A stretch of 63,995 nucleotides of DNA, filler included, from Dirinaria sp. TL-2023a (lineage: Eukaryota), in NCBI GenBank assembly GCA_051941275.1. It is 3 parts of 3 records of this genome, joined end to end, with 100 filler letters (N's around TTAATTAATTAA, not from the genome) between each part and the next. Parts side by side here need not be neighbours in the genome. Positions count along the whole stretch, not along the records: positions 44,326 to 63,995 come from JAVEBF010000320.1; 2 more parts are not named here. One strand, written 5' to 3'. Below the pieces are notes generated by a model. It searched no databases. It was given only the letters and a program-made list of their open reading frames with translations, and had not been told where the DNA came from. Below are positions 47,301 to 61,104 of the stretch, piece after piece. The position numbers were made by a program, and so were the translations under genes. The number at the start of each line of letters is the position of its first letter. The first letter of the stretch is position 1.

Positions 47301-48337
47301 ATTCGCTTGTCGAGTGTATGAGATTGATATCAACAGCCTGTCTTCGTCATTTGCAGAAGCGAGTGTCTTCATTCGCAAACTCTCGGTTTGTCTTGCCGTT
47401 AGTGAGCACGTGAAATATCTAAAGCATTTTATGCCTTACGACATATCGAGTATACGTTTCCCCAAATGGATGACTGCTTTGATCGGTCAGCAGTTTGGAA
47501 TAGACTCTTGAGTTTAGCGCGCGAAAATCAATTGCTTTATTTTGATGGACAAGGAAACCATAGCACGTAGCAGAGAAGAGCCCAAGCACAGTTTTTGAGC
47601 GGTTGCAATCCGGATTTGTTATAGTCTTCAGCCTGAGCACAGAACAAGATCTTAGGACTTGCGTTCACTTCAAGCAGACCTATGTGAAATTAGATACCTG
47701 GCCAGGAAATGCCTCTCAATAGGTATAGGATACTTAGGCTCAATGTGCGGCCATGAGCCATATGAGGATACTTAAATACCTAAGGCAAAGTGCCCTGAGG
47801 TATTGGTCTTTGACACCACGTAAAGCGCCTTCGCATTAGCTGTAATAGAGGCTTTGTTCGCCGGCTTTTGATGAGAGGATATAGCTCTAGAAATAGTGTG
47901 AGAACAGTTCACTTCTACAACTCTGAGATCAGGAAATAGTAGCTGCGTGTGGTATTGTTACTATCTGGCGGCAAAAACTCGGGCCGATTACAGCTTGGCG
48001 CTAGCTCCCATGCTGCGTGGGAGCGAGGCTCCGAGGCTGAATACTAGTCACATCTTGGGGAAACATGCTTGCTTGGAACCTGATAAGTTTATACGATACG
48101 CCTTTCAAGGTAGGCTGGCACTAATCAGACATGGTTCAGAGCCCAGTAAGCCGAAGTTCTGGAGCACGCTACTTGTTATGAGCTGGTCGATTCCAGCATA
48201 AAGTAATAGACTCATCTGTTGTCTCAATCTAGCAGTATTTCCACCGACTTCCAATGCAGAAACCGTCTCTGAATCTGAATACCGTTTTCTTCAACTGATG
48301 AGAGTCATCACTTCTCACCCTCCTCTGAAAAGTCATC

Positions 48338-50411
48338 ATGCAGAGTGTTCTGGAGTTTGGTAGCCCAACCTCTAAGTCCCAGCACCGTTCACGTCCTATC
48401 AAAGCGTGCTTCAATTGTCGCACTCGAAGGGTATGGGTATAAAAATGGCTCTGGGGAGCATTGTGTTCTTACACGCAGACAGGTCAAGTGTGATTGCACA
48501 CGCCCAGAATGTTCAGAGTGCCGAAAGCGCCAATCTAAATGTGTTTATCAGGAAGAGAATCAACGTCCGACGCTTTCACAGCCCGATATGCCTCTGTTGC
48601 CAGGCCTCGGTCACATCAGTGATGCACCTCCAAGTGTCTCTCAGCATACTATGAAAGATCTTAAAAGCTCCGACTATTCCTGCCAATTCGTAGGAGACAC
48701 GATGTCTATTCTAGTGGAGACGGATGATGTAGGTATTCTTTTTCTTTCAGGCTAATTAATTGAGATGACTGACTACTTTCCAGACTACTAACGCGGATAT
48801 TGAACTTATTCGCCAATTCGATCGTCAAATGTCTCAACTAAACCTTGGCGACCTGGCTAGCGAGGACCTATTTCAAATCCTTGCGAGCCTCCCGACATAC
48901 GAGCATTGCAATCACTTGTATGAAAGGTTTGAAGCTTGCGTGCACCCAGTCGTGCCGATCTGCCACCTTCCCAGTCTTAAGCGAACTTTGACTGGTTTTT
49001 GGGGGGAATATACAGTCACTGGCTCTGGAGATGCTCTATCTTTACTTCTATCTGTGGTTTACGCTGGTCTAACAAGTTCATCTGAAGAGCGAGATATCCG
49101 AGTGGCGACTTCTGTCTACAGATCTTACGAAATATTGCTACACAAGCTGGACTTTCCACACGATGTCACAAAATCTACTGTGTCTTTGCTACAGTCTTAC
49201 CTGATTGTGAATACATGCAGGGCAAGCCAGATTGATTTCTTACGCTCATTTGGTTTTTTACCTCTAGCTGTGCGCGTAGCGCAATCTCTAAAGCTGCACA
49301 CGGAAAGCAAAGCAAGTGGCGGCGTTGATGCCGAAGTAAGAAGAAGGATCTGGTGGCACCTTTTGTATTTGGATACGGAGGCTGCACTGGTCAGCGGACT
49401 TCCTATTCTAATTCACGAAGATGATTATACTACTCAAATGCCTTGTCGACTGAATGACGACTCTATCGTTGACAGGTTCGGCATGGTAACTCGCCAATTT
49501 CAAGCACACTCCCCAATGATGATCTCAATGCGTGGAAGGTGGCACTGGGTCTTGCGAATGCGGGCTTGGAGGAGACAGAAACCGACATCAGGAGAGCTCA
49601 GCGAGTTCGAGCAACAAATTACGCACTTGTCAGCTGAACTCGACAGCACCGAAGCAGATCCCTGGGCTGCAGCATATCTGCGCTTACAGTACGATCGGGG
49701 AATCGTATCTGTTGCCCAAGGGTTCATGAACGGAAAGTCTATCACTGGCGTAGATTGTGATCATGAAGTGTTGAGGTAAGCCATTCAAAACGAGCCCAAG
49801 GAAAAAATCTCCTGACCATCCTCAGGTCGTGCCGTTCTTTCTTGAGAGAATATATCTTACTAGCGAAGCTGTCTTCCGATCGCGGCATTCAGTGGTTCCT
49901 TCCAGGCTTTGTTCAACCGTTGCAAGCAGTGATGATACTCTTGCTGCATCTCACTAACTGTTCAGCGATGCTGTATGAAGAGCAACTAGGAAGCAAACAG
50001 CTATTGGCCCAAATTTTTGATCTTGTCGGTAATGGTTTACAGCAAAATCAGGTACCAGACGATGCCAATATAGCAAATTCCCAAGGTCAATCAAAGAAGG
50101 CCAATCTTGTATATTGCTTGCTGATGAAGCTTCGATACCGAGTGTGGCAACGTGCACGGTGGAGCATTCCTCACTGCTCTAGTAGCCACGTATGTGCGCT
50201 CCAGAATCCGACAGAGCCCAGTGACCATCATCGTCCTGATATGGAGGAGGGACAGCGGCGAGAACAAAAATTTTTAAGCACTGATGAAGAAAACGTGCAG
50301 CGCCTTTCCAACGCTTGGGATGCCAATTCTGGTGAGCCGTCTGATACAATCGACATGCATGAATATGAGGATGTCTTTGAGCAATATCTGCACCCCGGGG
50401 TCATGGGCTAA
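48338..50411 (+). CDS. Zn(II)2Cys6 transcription factor with fungal-specific TF domain; 4 exons
   Basis: ACFNCRTRR|VKCDCTRPECSECRKRQSKCVY; VHPVVPICHLPS, AVRVAQSLKLH, EVRRRIWWHLLYLD...SGLP. Confidence 0.9.
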
Positions 50412-50876
50412 GGTACCAAGACACGCCACCATTTGGTCCTATGCTCCAGCCTGAAATCAATCGCAAGGTCAATACAGAAGACTGGGTGGCCATGCTGATG
50501 ATCGCTTAATTGCATTCCTCCGACTTGACGGCACACTCATTCTACTATAGCGGACATGACTGTATGACAGTACAAAAGCATCGCCGTGGCAGCTGCCATG
50601 GATATTTTTGGCTTCTTACGATGGTCTGCCCAGGTTCTGTTACGAGTACGAGCAAACCCGCAGGCGCTATAATTGGATCATATCATCGGTACCTTTACTC
50701 TTATGCTCAATGATCTCTACGAACAGCAATCCTGGAGGCTTGTAATACATTCCAAATGATTGATACTATGTGGAGCGTTGTTATGCTTGTGGGACAAGAT
50801 GGAAAGTATAGCATCTTTGTAGGTGGTCTATTCTCCTACTGGATTAACCAGATGTCAAGCTTATTCATTGGCTTTG

Positions 50877-52170
50877 CTATTTCCACGGCCAAGTGCTCTG
50901 AACAAACTCCTCCCAGGTAGTCGGTTCCTCGGTAACGATCTACGTAGTTTGGTCAGCTCTGCTACCATCCTTTAGCTCTACGGATGGCTCTTATTACCTG
51001 TAAGGACTCTGCCACACCTTCCTCCGCCCCGGGCCCATAATATGCGAATTCTCGGATGAATGCAAAGGTCTCGGTCAATTCCTTGGCTATGTTGGGTGGC
51101 AGGAAACCCTCATACACCTGGTCGGGCACCGAGGAGAAGGTGACTTTCTTCCCAGATACTTTTTCGATTGTAGCCACCATCTCCGTCGGCGTATACCAAC
51201 CAGTAGCAGCGAAAATTCGCTTTCCCGAGGGCTTCTCGGTCTGAGCTAGGATGCCGGCGACGAACTTGCCGGTGTCATTGTTCACCTCGAAGAGGGGAAC
51301 CTTGGTATCCGGTGCCAAGTTGTTTGCCAAAGCATATCCGTCCTCGGTCTGCGCGTCCATGTCAGATGGCAATGCTTTTGTCAGTTTCTTGAGAGTAATA
51401 CCTTTTGCAAGGCCTGAGGAAAGTTTGACATGAAGACGCCTGCCCAGAAGAAAGTCGAAGGGACCCCGATCTCTCTCGTGTACTCTTCCACTTCGCCCTT
51501 GGAGTCGAAATGAGACATATGGCTCATCTTGCCATTACTGACTATCGCTCGCATGTTAGCAAATCACCTGCAAGCGGATGTCCGCTGTACCGTACCCTTC
51601 GTTGCATGGGCTATCGAGGACCAGATGAAATGAGAAACGCCTGCGGCTTTGCAGGCGTCGGCGATATTGCGGCCTTGGGCAACTTCGACATCTTTGGAGA
51701 AGATCTCCCAAACTATGACCTATTTAGCGGGATGCTATGTGACCGATTGAAGGGGTATAGGCTTTGAAGCTTTCGCTGCCCAATGCCTTCGTGCAGCACA
51801 CTTTGTGGGGTTCATGTCTGAGCAGGATAGCAAGGTGCTTTTTCTTGTGTTTTTCTGATTATGAACCTACAATTCGTGACCCCAAATACGGCATAGGAGC
51901 CTTCGACCGCCTTACGAACCGAATCTTTATCTCCAAGGTCCGCCTAAGGATTACATCAGTCACGACACAGGGTTTTCCACTTCGGTCGAAGCATACTTGG
52001 ACCACCTCAACGCCCTTGCTGGCCAACTTCTGGGCAGCTGGCTTCGAAGGGTCTCGAGTCACGCCACGGATCTTGTATTCCTTGGACAGGGTAGGATGCG
52101 CTTGGACGCTATTGATGACAGAGCCACCTTGCTGGCCCGTCGAACCGAAGACTGTAAGTATCTTGCTCAT
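50877..52170 (-). CDS. NmrA-like NAD(P)-binding protein (HSCARG-like); multi-exon
   Basis: MSKILTVFGSTGQQGGSV...IRGVTRDPSK...|ADL...AVFGVTN|FWE...QGRNIADAC...HFIWSS...HFDSKGEVEEY...DTGKFV...|IVTEEPTTWEEFV. Confidence 0.9.
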
Positions 52171-52619
52171 GATGAAGGCCTTTGTATGCAACCAAATATG
52201 CTGGATGATTGGGCCAAGGCTGTATTGTATTGGTGCGAGACTGGGATGTAGTTCTACAATGATCGTTCTAATCGAAGGGAAACTTGGTCTTTCTTATACC
52301 CCATTTCACTCATCCATGGCTTCCACTGCTTACAGATCCAATTCCCCCTCATCCATGGATATTTGTCACCAACCCAACATCTCTTGCCCTTCTTGTACTG
52401 TTCTCGCACGACGATGTCCCAATACGGTCAAGTGTGATCCATCCATGGCTTGGCAGTCGAAACCCCTGAGGTCGGACGGATGACATCATGTTCTCCCTCT
52501 TGAGCTTCTCCGCGATTCGCCCTTAGAATCCTTTTAGTTGTCATACTTCGGTATCAGCAAGGCTGGGAATTCGCAATTTGTCCTTCGATCGCTACTTTAC
52601 CCGAGACTACGCCGGAAAG

Positions 52620-53249
52620 ATGTCGTCCACCCTCGGTATCGGTGTCCCTGTCCCGAAGATGCTACGTTCGTAACTCCGTCTTCTCGTGTCCAACCCCAAA
52701 ACAAGCGCTGAACTTACTCACCAGCAATCACGGGCACTTGGACTCTTCCCTTCGGAGCCTACTTTCTCTTCCTCACCAATCGCATTGTTTATACTCGCCT
52801 GAGTAAGGAGAAGTATCTCGGCGACCGGCTCCCGGGCGGCGGAGACGACCATGAGAACCCTGATCCGCTTTTCTTGGATTCCCGTGCTCAGGTATCAGTC
52901 CTCCTACTTTCACCTTCCTCTCTCTCTCCTACAAATAGCTTCTTCCATAAAGCTCTCATCCTTTCTCGCAAAAGCTGACAATGCACCATCCCAGGCGAAT
53001 TTCCTCGAGAACGTACCCCTGGCATTCGTCTTTGCTGCCGTCGCAGAACTGAACGGCGCCGATAGAAAGCTGCTCAATTATGCAATGGCAGCCCTGTTGG
53101 CACTCCGCATTGCGCATGTGGAGATAGGGATGAAGGGGCAGAACACGCTCGGCATTGGTCGACCCGTGGGATACTATGGCACCCAGGCTATCTTGGCCGG
53201 GCTTGCTGGCTGGGGAACGTGGCTGGTGAAGGGGTATTGGGGATATTAG
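52620..53249 (+). CDS. MAPEG-family membrane protein; 3 exons
   Basis: MSSTLGIGVPVPKML|...ITGTWTLPFGAYFLFLTNRIV...SRAQ|ANFLENVPLAFVFAAVAELNG...LRIAHVEIG...GRPVGYYGT. Confidence 0.8.
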
Positions 53250-53629
53250 AGAATTCCAAAGTTGTCTTACACAGTGGGGTAATACCTACTCATAAAACAA
53301 GCTAGAAGTCTTCAGACGTGGAATCGATGTGAAAAGTAACGTGGACAGGGCGAGCAGGCACTTTTGTCTGGGTAAGGTATGTGTCGCTGGTCAACTCTCA
53401 ACTCGGCGTGGCTGGCTCGATTATATAGATGGAAATGCAGATACCGATGTATACTTGTATTGCGTTATGCTGTACCTAGTGAGTTTTGTCTCGAATGTTT
53501 CCAATTGCCCTGATTCACAGCTTCCGAAAATTCAAATGTACTTTCAGGGTATCCAGCCCCTCATTCTGCTTAACGCCAAACGCCCTGTAAATGTTTTCCT
53601 ATCACAAACCTATCACAAATTCTTCATCT

Positions 53630-55351
53630 TCATTTCTTCTTCGCACCCACATCTGCCTCCATCTCCAATTGTCTCTGACTCTTCTTCCTCTCCCTCCTGA
53701 ATTCCCCTTTCTCAATCTTTTCTTCGTCTTCCTTCCTCTTCTCTCCTTCCTGTTTCTTTCTTTCTTCCTTTTCCTCGAGTCTTTTCTGCTCCCGCTCCAA
53801 ATTTGCTGCCGCGGCCCGCTTTTTCGCCTCATCTTCGATCCTCAGCTTCTCATAAGCATCCTTGTGCTCGAGTTCGTGCTCCATGAGAACTGGTATATCG
53901 TACTTATACGGCGCGTTCCACAGGGCTGCGAATTCCTTCGGGTCGCTGGGCTTGGGCTCTTCTTCCTCTTGCTCTTCTGCTTCTCCTTCTGGCTTTCCCT
54001 CAGGTGCTGGCGCTGGTGCTTCACGAAGTTTCTCGAACTTGCGCCACCTGACGAAGGTGGGGTCGTCGAGGCCGTCCACCTCGTCAATCACTGGCGGGCG
54101 GCTAAGAAGAAAGTTTTGCTTTTCGATTTTTCTCTTAGCAGCAGCAGAGTCCAAGTAGGAGCGCTTGTGTGTGTTGTCGAGGAGTTCAAGCGTCCGCGTG
54201 ATCCGCGCAGGATCACGACTCTCCACGGCGGCGGGAGCCGGCACTGCTGGATCATTTTCGGAGAATTGAGAGCCGAAAGATGGAACCCTCGAAAAAGGCG
54301 GCGTCGGGTACTGGTAAGCATTTCTCCTAGCATACCAATCCGGAGTCGTTATATCTTCCGTTTGCTTGACAAGTTGGTATTTGCGTCCCGATTCCTCGCA
54401 GGTGTACGTGGGTTTTGGTGCCTGCTTCGTCTTGGCCTTCTTTGTCTTAGCCTTCTTCTTGGCTGGAGGTGCTGTAGCAGTTGCACTGCTGTTGTCGTCC
54501 GCTTTCTCCGCCGCGGCATCGTCCTGCGCCGTAAGTGGGCCTTTTCCTGAAGCGATGGCCGCTTCTTGTTGCTCTTTGCTCTGATCCGAAGCAGAGGTCT
54601 CAAGCTTTCTCTTGGTGCCCTTGCCTTGGGCCTTCGCGGTCTTCTTTGGCTGTGGCAATGGCGCATTCGCCGGCTCAAGCTCTTGAACTTCGCTGGCAGC
54701 AGGTGTCTTCGCTGGGGCTTGTCTCCTGCGTTTTGCAGGCTGGGATGGCGCGGTTTCTTCCCCATCCGGGGCATTGCGCTTCACTCCTGGTGTAGGCGCT
54801 GCCTGCAATGTTGATGAAGAAGCACCGTCAGAGCTTCCACTCGTTCCAGCCGTCCCGGTACCGCGCTGGGTCTCGACTCTCGAGCCCAAGGGAGGTCCAG
54901 GATCTCGAACGATGTCGGCATTGCCACTGATGCTGGGCGCTTCTGGCGCGAAATCCCTATGGTCTCGGACGGTCGGTCGTTCTCCACTCTGGGACAGCTC
55001 CAGCAATGCGTCAGCTGCGATCATAGCGCCTCTGCTAACTGCATGTAGGCCATTGGCCGCAGTATGGTAGTGGTCGCTGGCTGATCGAGGAACTATGCTG
55101 GTTGTACATGGTTCTCTGCATGCGCTAGGAGGCCAAGAGGGCATGCTGGTTCCATACACGCCACTGTCAGTGTTCTGAAAAGGCTGGCTAGCTTGTGCGC
55201 GGACGCGTGCTGGCTCATTGTTAACCTCGCTGCGGGCTTGAGGCGTCTGGCTGGTATTGCCATATGTGGCCCACGAAGCATTGTAGTCGTACGGTAAATA
55301 GGGGGACTCAGAAGCACTGTACCAGTAGGGCGGCATGTTGTTGTGATTCAT
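53630..55351 (-). CDS. Hypothetical, largely disordered, basic and coiled-coil protein (573 aa)
   Basis: Long single ORF with ATG start, NLS-like PAKRRR and PAKKK, E/K/R-rich C-terminus, TATA-like TTTATAAATA upstream (~55580). Confidence 0.75.
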   Translation of the reverse strand: MNHNNMPPYWYSASESPYLPYDYNASWATYGNTSQTPQARSEVNNEPARVRAQASQPFQNTDSGVYGTSMPSWPPSACREPCTTSIVPRSASDHYHTAANGLHAVSRGAMIAADALLELSQSGERPTVRDHRDFAPEAPSISGNADIVRDPGPPLGSRVETQRGTGTAGTSGSSDGASSSTLQAAPTPGVKRNAPDGEETAPSQPAKRRRQAPAKTPAASEVQELEPANAPLPQPKKTAKAQGKGTKRKLETSASDQSKEQQEAAIASGKGPLTAQDDAAAEKADDNSSATATAPPAKKKAKTKKAKTKQAPKPTYTCEESGRKYQLVKQTEDITTPDWYARRNAYQYPTPPFSRVPSFGSQFSENDPAVPAPAAVESRDPARITRTLELLDNTHKRSYLDSAAAKRKIEKQNFLLSRPPVIDEVDGLDDPTFVRWRKFEKLREAPAPAPEGKPEGEAEEQEEEEPKPSDPKEFAALWNAPYKYDIPVLMEHELEHKDAYEKLRIEDEAKKRAAAANLEREQKRLEEKEERKKQEGEKRKEDEEKIEKGEFRRERKKSQRQLEMEADVGAKKK

Positions 55352-56391
55352 GACTGTGCTGGTTGGTGATGGTGTGGGATGTGCGGTTAAGGAGTTTGCT
55401 GTTGATGGATGGGAAGTTCTAAGAACTGGTTGAGATGGTGTAGATGTGAGTGCTTTCGATGCTAACTGGCTTCTCTACTAATGTCGATATTGGTTAACTC
55501 AAGCTGCTGGATTCTGTGTAAAAATGTATATAAGTAAGTGATGGAAAAAAAGTAAGAGAAGTGCAGGAGTTCAAATCCTATTTATAAAGGCATGACGGTC
55601 TCAAGTCCAGGGAGAAAATCGCTCAAGAGGATACCATACCGTGGTTCTTATCAATGGACCCAACGCAAATTCACTCTGGGACCAGTCATGTGAGGGCTGG
55701 GAAAACTACAATAGGGAATGTTTGAGGATCGGTCACGCTAACAATGGGAAAAAGAAATTCACTCAATTCAACAATAGGAAGGGTTTCTTATTGTAGTAAT
55801 GATAGCGCGGAGTGTTGAGCGAGTACGAGTCATATTCTCTACACTGCGCCACTACACCACCGGGTTGAGAAATGGTCATATCACTTGTACTAGTGATTGA
55901 GGCTTTTTCGTGGCGTGTTGCCAGACCATCACTGTGCCGACCTTCATCGTGATGAGGCGAGGAATTTGCAAAGGAGCTCTCTTCATCTTGGGCCTTTCAG
56001 ACCACCAACTCGCACTAATCGCTAGCTTCACCTCAAACAACAATAAGAACCATCCTGTACACTTCGGTCTCAGAACCCTTCTCAACAATTCCCTTCTCTT
56101 CCCGAAATAGAATGGAGCACGATAGCTGAGAAAATATGTAAGCACAGAGAGAGCTTTGTACACTTGAAAAAAAACACGTGATAAGAGATTCATTCACCTC
56201 GGCGTCTACGACAATCACAAGCTTTCTCAACAATATGCACCCGGCAGGGGTGAACACAGCGTCTGTAGAGTCATTCGCTTCCGCCTAGTACTACTTCACA
56301 AGGCAATATATGCCGAGCATCCCGCGTACCTTTCTGAGAGGCAGCAATACCCCTCAACCCCATTCTCTATCTTCCAATCTTGCACCATTTA

Positions 56392-56839
<448 letters not shown>

Positions 56840-57586
56840 CGCGGCCGGGTTGACGCTCGAGGCGAAGAAGCGGCGTAGGAAAGAAATTTTGGGCGACTTG
56901 TATGCGGAATTTGGCAAAAGGGGAGAGGTTTTGGTTTGGGTTTAGGAGCCTGATCTCTAGAAAGCCTGAGGGATTTTGAAGGATAATGGTTGAGGTCAGG
57001 TCTCTGATCAAGGCCAAGCCCGATGACGCCATCTTTACTATGCTTTTTTTGAATGTTTGCCGAGGCTGAAATGATCCTACCTTACAGGGGGCAACTGCCA
57101 TAAGTCCTGGCTGGCATCATGTTCGCCAGAATCAGCCGTCTAGGTGACTACCGGTAGACTTCCCAGAGCCTAGGTAGCAAATTGGAACGCTCGGGCGGTA
57201 ATATTAGGTGGTCCCCCAGGCGACTTCTCAGTTGACCCCAACTGCGGCATTGATCGCGCTAGCCAGGACTTATGGCGTTGACCTCCGTATGAACCTAAAA
57301 TACCGTAATGAGTCACTTCGCCCGAATGCCTGTGGCATTATTTTTCTTAATGCAGGCCTCCTTAGTCCTGCGGTCGCTTGCAGTATCCAGAGATCTCATC
57401 GTTCCAAGTACATAAAAGACACCACGTCGAAAGGAGCTTCAGAGCGATTCAACGAGAGCTACACCGGTTTTGCTGGTTGTCACACTTAGGAACCCGTCTC
57501 TTTGGCGCATAGCTCTCCGTCCAGGAAAGCGTCTCATCCTTATTCTATGCTCTCTTTATCTCTTTCGTCTCTCACTCTCAACAATA

Positions 57587-58795
57587 ATGGCGTCTTCTAC
57601 CTACCGTAAAACCCGTTTCGTCTGCATATCAGATACCCATAATGCATCCCCAGGTACAGGAGCGTTCAAATTGCCCAAGGGGGATGTTCTGGTTCACGCG
57701 GGTGACTTGACCAAGCAGGGGACTTACGCAGAACTTCGCAAAACGCTGGATTGGATTGAAAAGGCCGATTTCGAGGTCAAAATCGTGGTTGCAGGTGAAA
57801 ACAGACTTCTCTCGTATTACGATTCCCTCCTGCTTATGTATGTATGTATGTATGCAGGCAACCATGATATTACGCTTGACAAGGAATTCTATGCTGCGCA
57901 TGGCTCTTACTTCCATAACCAGAAGCCCCAAAACCCAGAAGATTGCAGTATGATGTTTGAGAATTCTTCAGTGATTTACCTCAACCACGAAGCTCGAAAT
58001 ATTATCCTCGAAAAGGAGGATGGACCGAGAACAACGTTCAAAGTCTTTGGCTCGCCCTATTCGCCAGCAAAGGGACTCTGGGCTTTCGGATACCGTGACG
58101 AAGCCGCTGCGTCCCTTTGGGAGCAGATCCCTCTGGACACGGATATCGTTGTCACTCACACACCACCTAAGTATCACTGCGATGTTACAGGTGCACGTGC
58201 CTCTGCAGGTTGCGATATCTTGAGGCAGAATCTGTGGCGCGTTCGGCCTCGGCTTGCCATATGCGGGCACATCCACGAGGGCCGAGGGGCGGAAAGAGTA
58301 TTCTGGGACCTTACATGCTCTAATGTCAGGTATAGGGAAGCGTTCACTAACTATTGGGTTGATCCAGCACTAGAAAGTAAGAAGCAATGTCTCATTGACT
58401 TAACATCGAGAGGGTTAGTTCCATTGAACAACGCAGATACTACCCGTTCTAACGCTACAAATCACATTGACAATGAAACAAAGTCTCCGCATATGGTATC
58501 TCCACAATGGAAACAGAAAGTATCATTCGCAGAACAGTCTATATCCGATGGGACGATCGAATCGTCGCCTGCGAGCCCCATTGTCTCGGTACAGCATCCG
58601 GTCGCTGGCCGAGGGCAAGGTGGCATTCCTCCGTCACCGCGCTGCGATCTCCAGGCTTTAGCTGGCAACCTTGACAGAAGGGAGACATGTGTTGTAAATG
58701 CCGCCATTATGGCTTCCAGTTGGCCGTACAAAGCAGCTGGTAGACGAAAGTATCACAAGCCATTTGTGATCGATGTCGATCTTCCTACCCAATAA
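57587..58795 (+). CDS. Calcineurin-like metallophosphoesterase (MPPED-like); in-frame 63-nt intron 57795-57857
   Basis: CISDTHN, VHAGDLT, VVAG|NHD, VTHTPP, CGHIHEG, VNAAI motifs. Confidence 0.9.
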   Translation: MASSTYRKTRFVCISDTHNASPGTGAFKLPKGDVLVHAGDLTKQGTYAELRKTLDWIEKADFEVKIVVAGENRLLSYYDSLLLMYVCMYAGNHDITLDKEFYAAHGSYFHNQKPQNPEDCSMMFENSSVIYLNHEARNIILEKEDGPRTTFKVFGSPYSPAKGLWAFGYRDEAAASLWEQIPLDTDIVVTHTPPKYHCDVTGARASAGCDILRQNLWRVRPRLAICGHIHEGRGAERVFWDLTCSNVRYREAFTNYWVDPALESKKQCLIDLTSRGLVPLNNADTTRSNATNHIDNETKSPHMVSPQWKQKVSFAEQSISDGTIESSPASPIVSVQHPVAGRGQGGIPPSPRCDLQALAGNLDRRETCVVNAAIMASSWPYKAAGRRKYHKPFVIDVDLPTQ

Positions 58796-61104
58796 AGCCT
58801 TATATGAACACGTCAGGGCTAGGCGTCGAATATCTAATTCTTTGAACGCTAGTACCCAAGTCTCTTTTCTATGTTCAAGCGGAGACACAGGGCCTTTTTA
58901 AGCAAAAATACATGCGGAGTTACCTTACGTCTTATAACGGTTTGAAGCGGCATCGCAGGACCGCGTTCTCTCGTAAAACAACATCTGCTCGATTACGTTG
59001 TCGCGCTGCACACCTTATCATCTGGGGTAACGTGGAATGATTATGGGCTGTCAGCGGATTGACAGGAGACAATCTCATCGAGAGGCTATCATTAGCTCTG
59101 GCTTTGGTGTAGCACGGAGTCTGGGTGGGGTGTCAGCTCGTTCGTCAGCATTAAATATTATTGTGGGGGGGATCCGGGCTGGTGGAGAGGGAAACTGCAT
59201 GTAAGCGCCCAACGGAATAAGCACTGCAAATTCTTTATGCATGGCTTGACCGGTCCCCCCGGACGAGCCAATGTGCACACTTCGCAAAGATGATCCATTC
59301 GACATTTTGCATCATCAAGCATGACACATGGCTCCACTGGCCCGAGTCACCCACGGCTTCAACGGCCATAGCGGGTGCAGATTGTTATTTGTAGTTGCGA
59401 GAATTATATCCTTTGATTGTCGGGATCAGTGGCTCTCATCGATCGGACTTTCGAGTGTCAAATAATGATCCTTAAGGTAGATCCTTTTCGTAAATTTTGA
59501 AGGGCCAGCCAGCCCGCCTGTCCGTTTGTCAGACGGAACAAAATGTGATGCATATTGCAGCAGGCCACCTCAAACACCCGAACCCACGCCGTCTGATTGG
59601 CGGGGAGCTTGCAGCGCCGCTCTCTAACCGCCGAAACACGCCTCAGCAGACATCCTCTTCACTCCCAGCAGAATGCCTCGAATGCTTTTGGTGCCTGCGC
59701 TAACCCGCACCCGCGTGCTGTCGCTGTTCTCCGATTCGATCACGCAGGTCATGGCCTCCCCACGATGGTAGACTTTGACCAGAGCACATGCCCTGATCAT
59801 CCTGCTGTCCCCGCGGGCCGTAGCCTAAAAGAACGTATGCGTCTTCCAAAAGTTCCAAGACTTCCTTCCACCAATCGCCTCTTCGCGCGGGCGAATGCTA
59901 AGCAGACTGGATCGGTGCCTCACCTGCGGAGACTGCGGATCCAAAAGCCCAAGCCCAGGTAGCCAAGCAGAAGCAGCCTGGCTTGAGGATGAGAGCCTGT
60001 AGATAAACTTCTCTAGTGCCAGCTTGCAACTGCCACCTCATCGAACCTTTGCTCTACCCAACTTGAGGCTGGTTTCTGCCGTGGGATGTTCATCCTCTGA
60101 AAGGAGCCCAGCAGCATTCGTCCGCAGCGAATACTGAATACGGGAAAGGGGGAGGCTTCAGCGGTGCCCCACCACCTCCACGTCCTCCACCACCTCCACC
60201 ACTCCGCTTCTTGGTCCAACCTGTCCTTGTACCATCCGTTGTCGCAGACTCTCCTCCCCTCCTCTTTCCACTTCACCTGGACTGATTGTTCAGATCCCAA
60301 ACACCGCTGAGGTGATCATTGCATGAACTATCTCGAGAGCACCATTTTAGAGCAAGTGCGAAGCATCAAGCGAGGCTCTTACAGGATAATAGTCGCAGCC
60401 TCGTGCGGCTAACTCACCGCCTCAGCCAAAAACAACAACAGCAACTAAGCATAAAAAACAACACCCCACACAGACTTCCAATTCCGACAATATTCAAAAT
60501 TTGCACGAATTATTGCTCTCCTATTAATCATTCTTACCTCCTTTACCGAACTCCACCCGAATTCATTCCGTACCCCTTACTCTTATCATTATTAACCTTT
60601 CTTTCACTTTCCTTGGCTGTCCATCACATTCCCCCCCTCTGATTTGTCAGCAACTACTCGGACTGGACTCTTAATCTTGCCAACCCGGACGGACCTCGGT
60701 TCCGAAAAGCCTGAAACTGCCAGTTTTCCGTGGCGCTTCCCAAGAACTGCCTTGTTACGTAGCATTTCCCAACGCAATCCAGCAATGATCTCCAGTCACC
60801 GTTGAGAGCAGCTTACTCTACACTGACTCTCCTCTGACTCTGTCGTCTCTTATCAACCCACCTCACTGACTGTCTCGAGCTGGCCGCTCTACAAAGATCC
60901 GAAGTGCCTAGTGCGCGATTTCTTACTAACACCGACCTCGCGCATGAATCTCGGGGAAAACGCACTCATTGTTTACCGCCAGCTTCACCACCAACACGGA
61001 TAAAAGACGCATCCTTCGCCACTTCTCTGTCAAGATCACTACAACAGTGGATGTTCTAATATCACCCAGACATCGTCATCTCCCTTATTCACTAGGAGCC
61101 TGCC

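Noticed and set aside
44326..48300. Short ORFs and possible pseudogene fragments at the start of contig 3
   Set aside because: No recognisable motifs or consistent exon chain.
53591..54550. 319-aa hydrophobic plus-strand ORF
   Set aside because: Antisense shadow of the E/K/R-rich minus-strand gene.
57587..58795. Metallophosphoesterase as the end-healing partner of the RNA ligase
   Set aside because: It lies on a different contig and belongs to a common fungal MPPED-like family.
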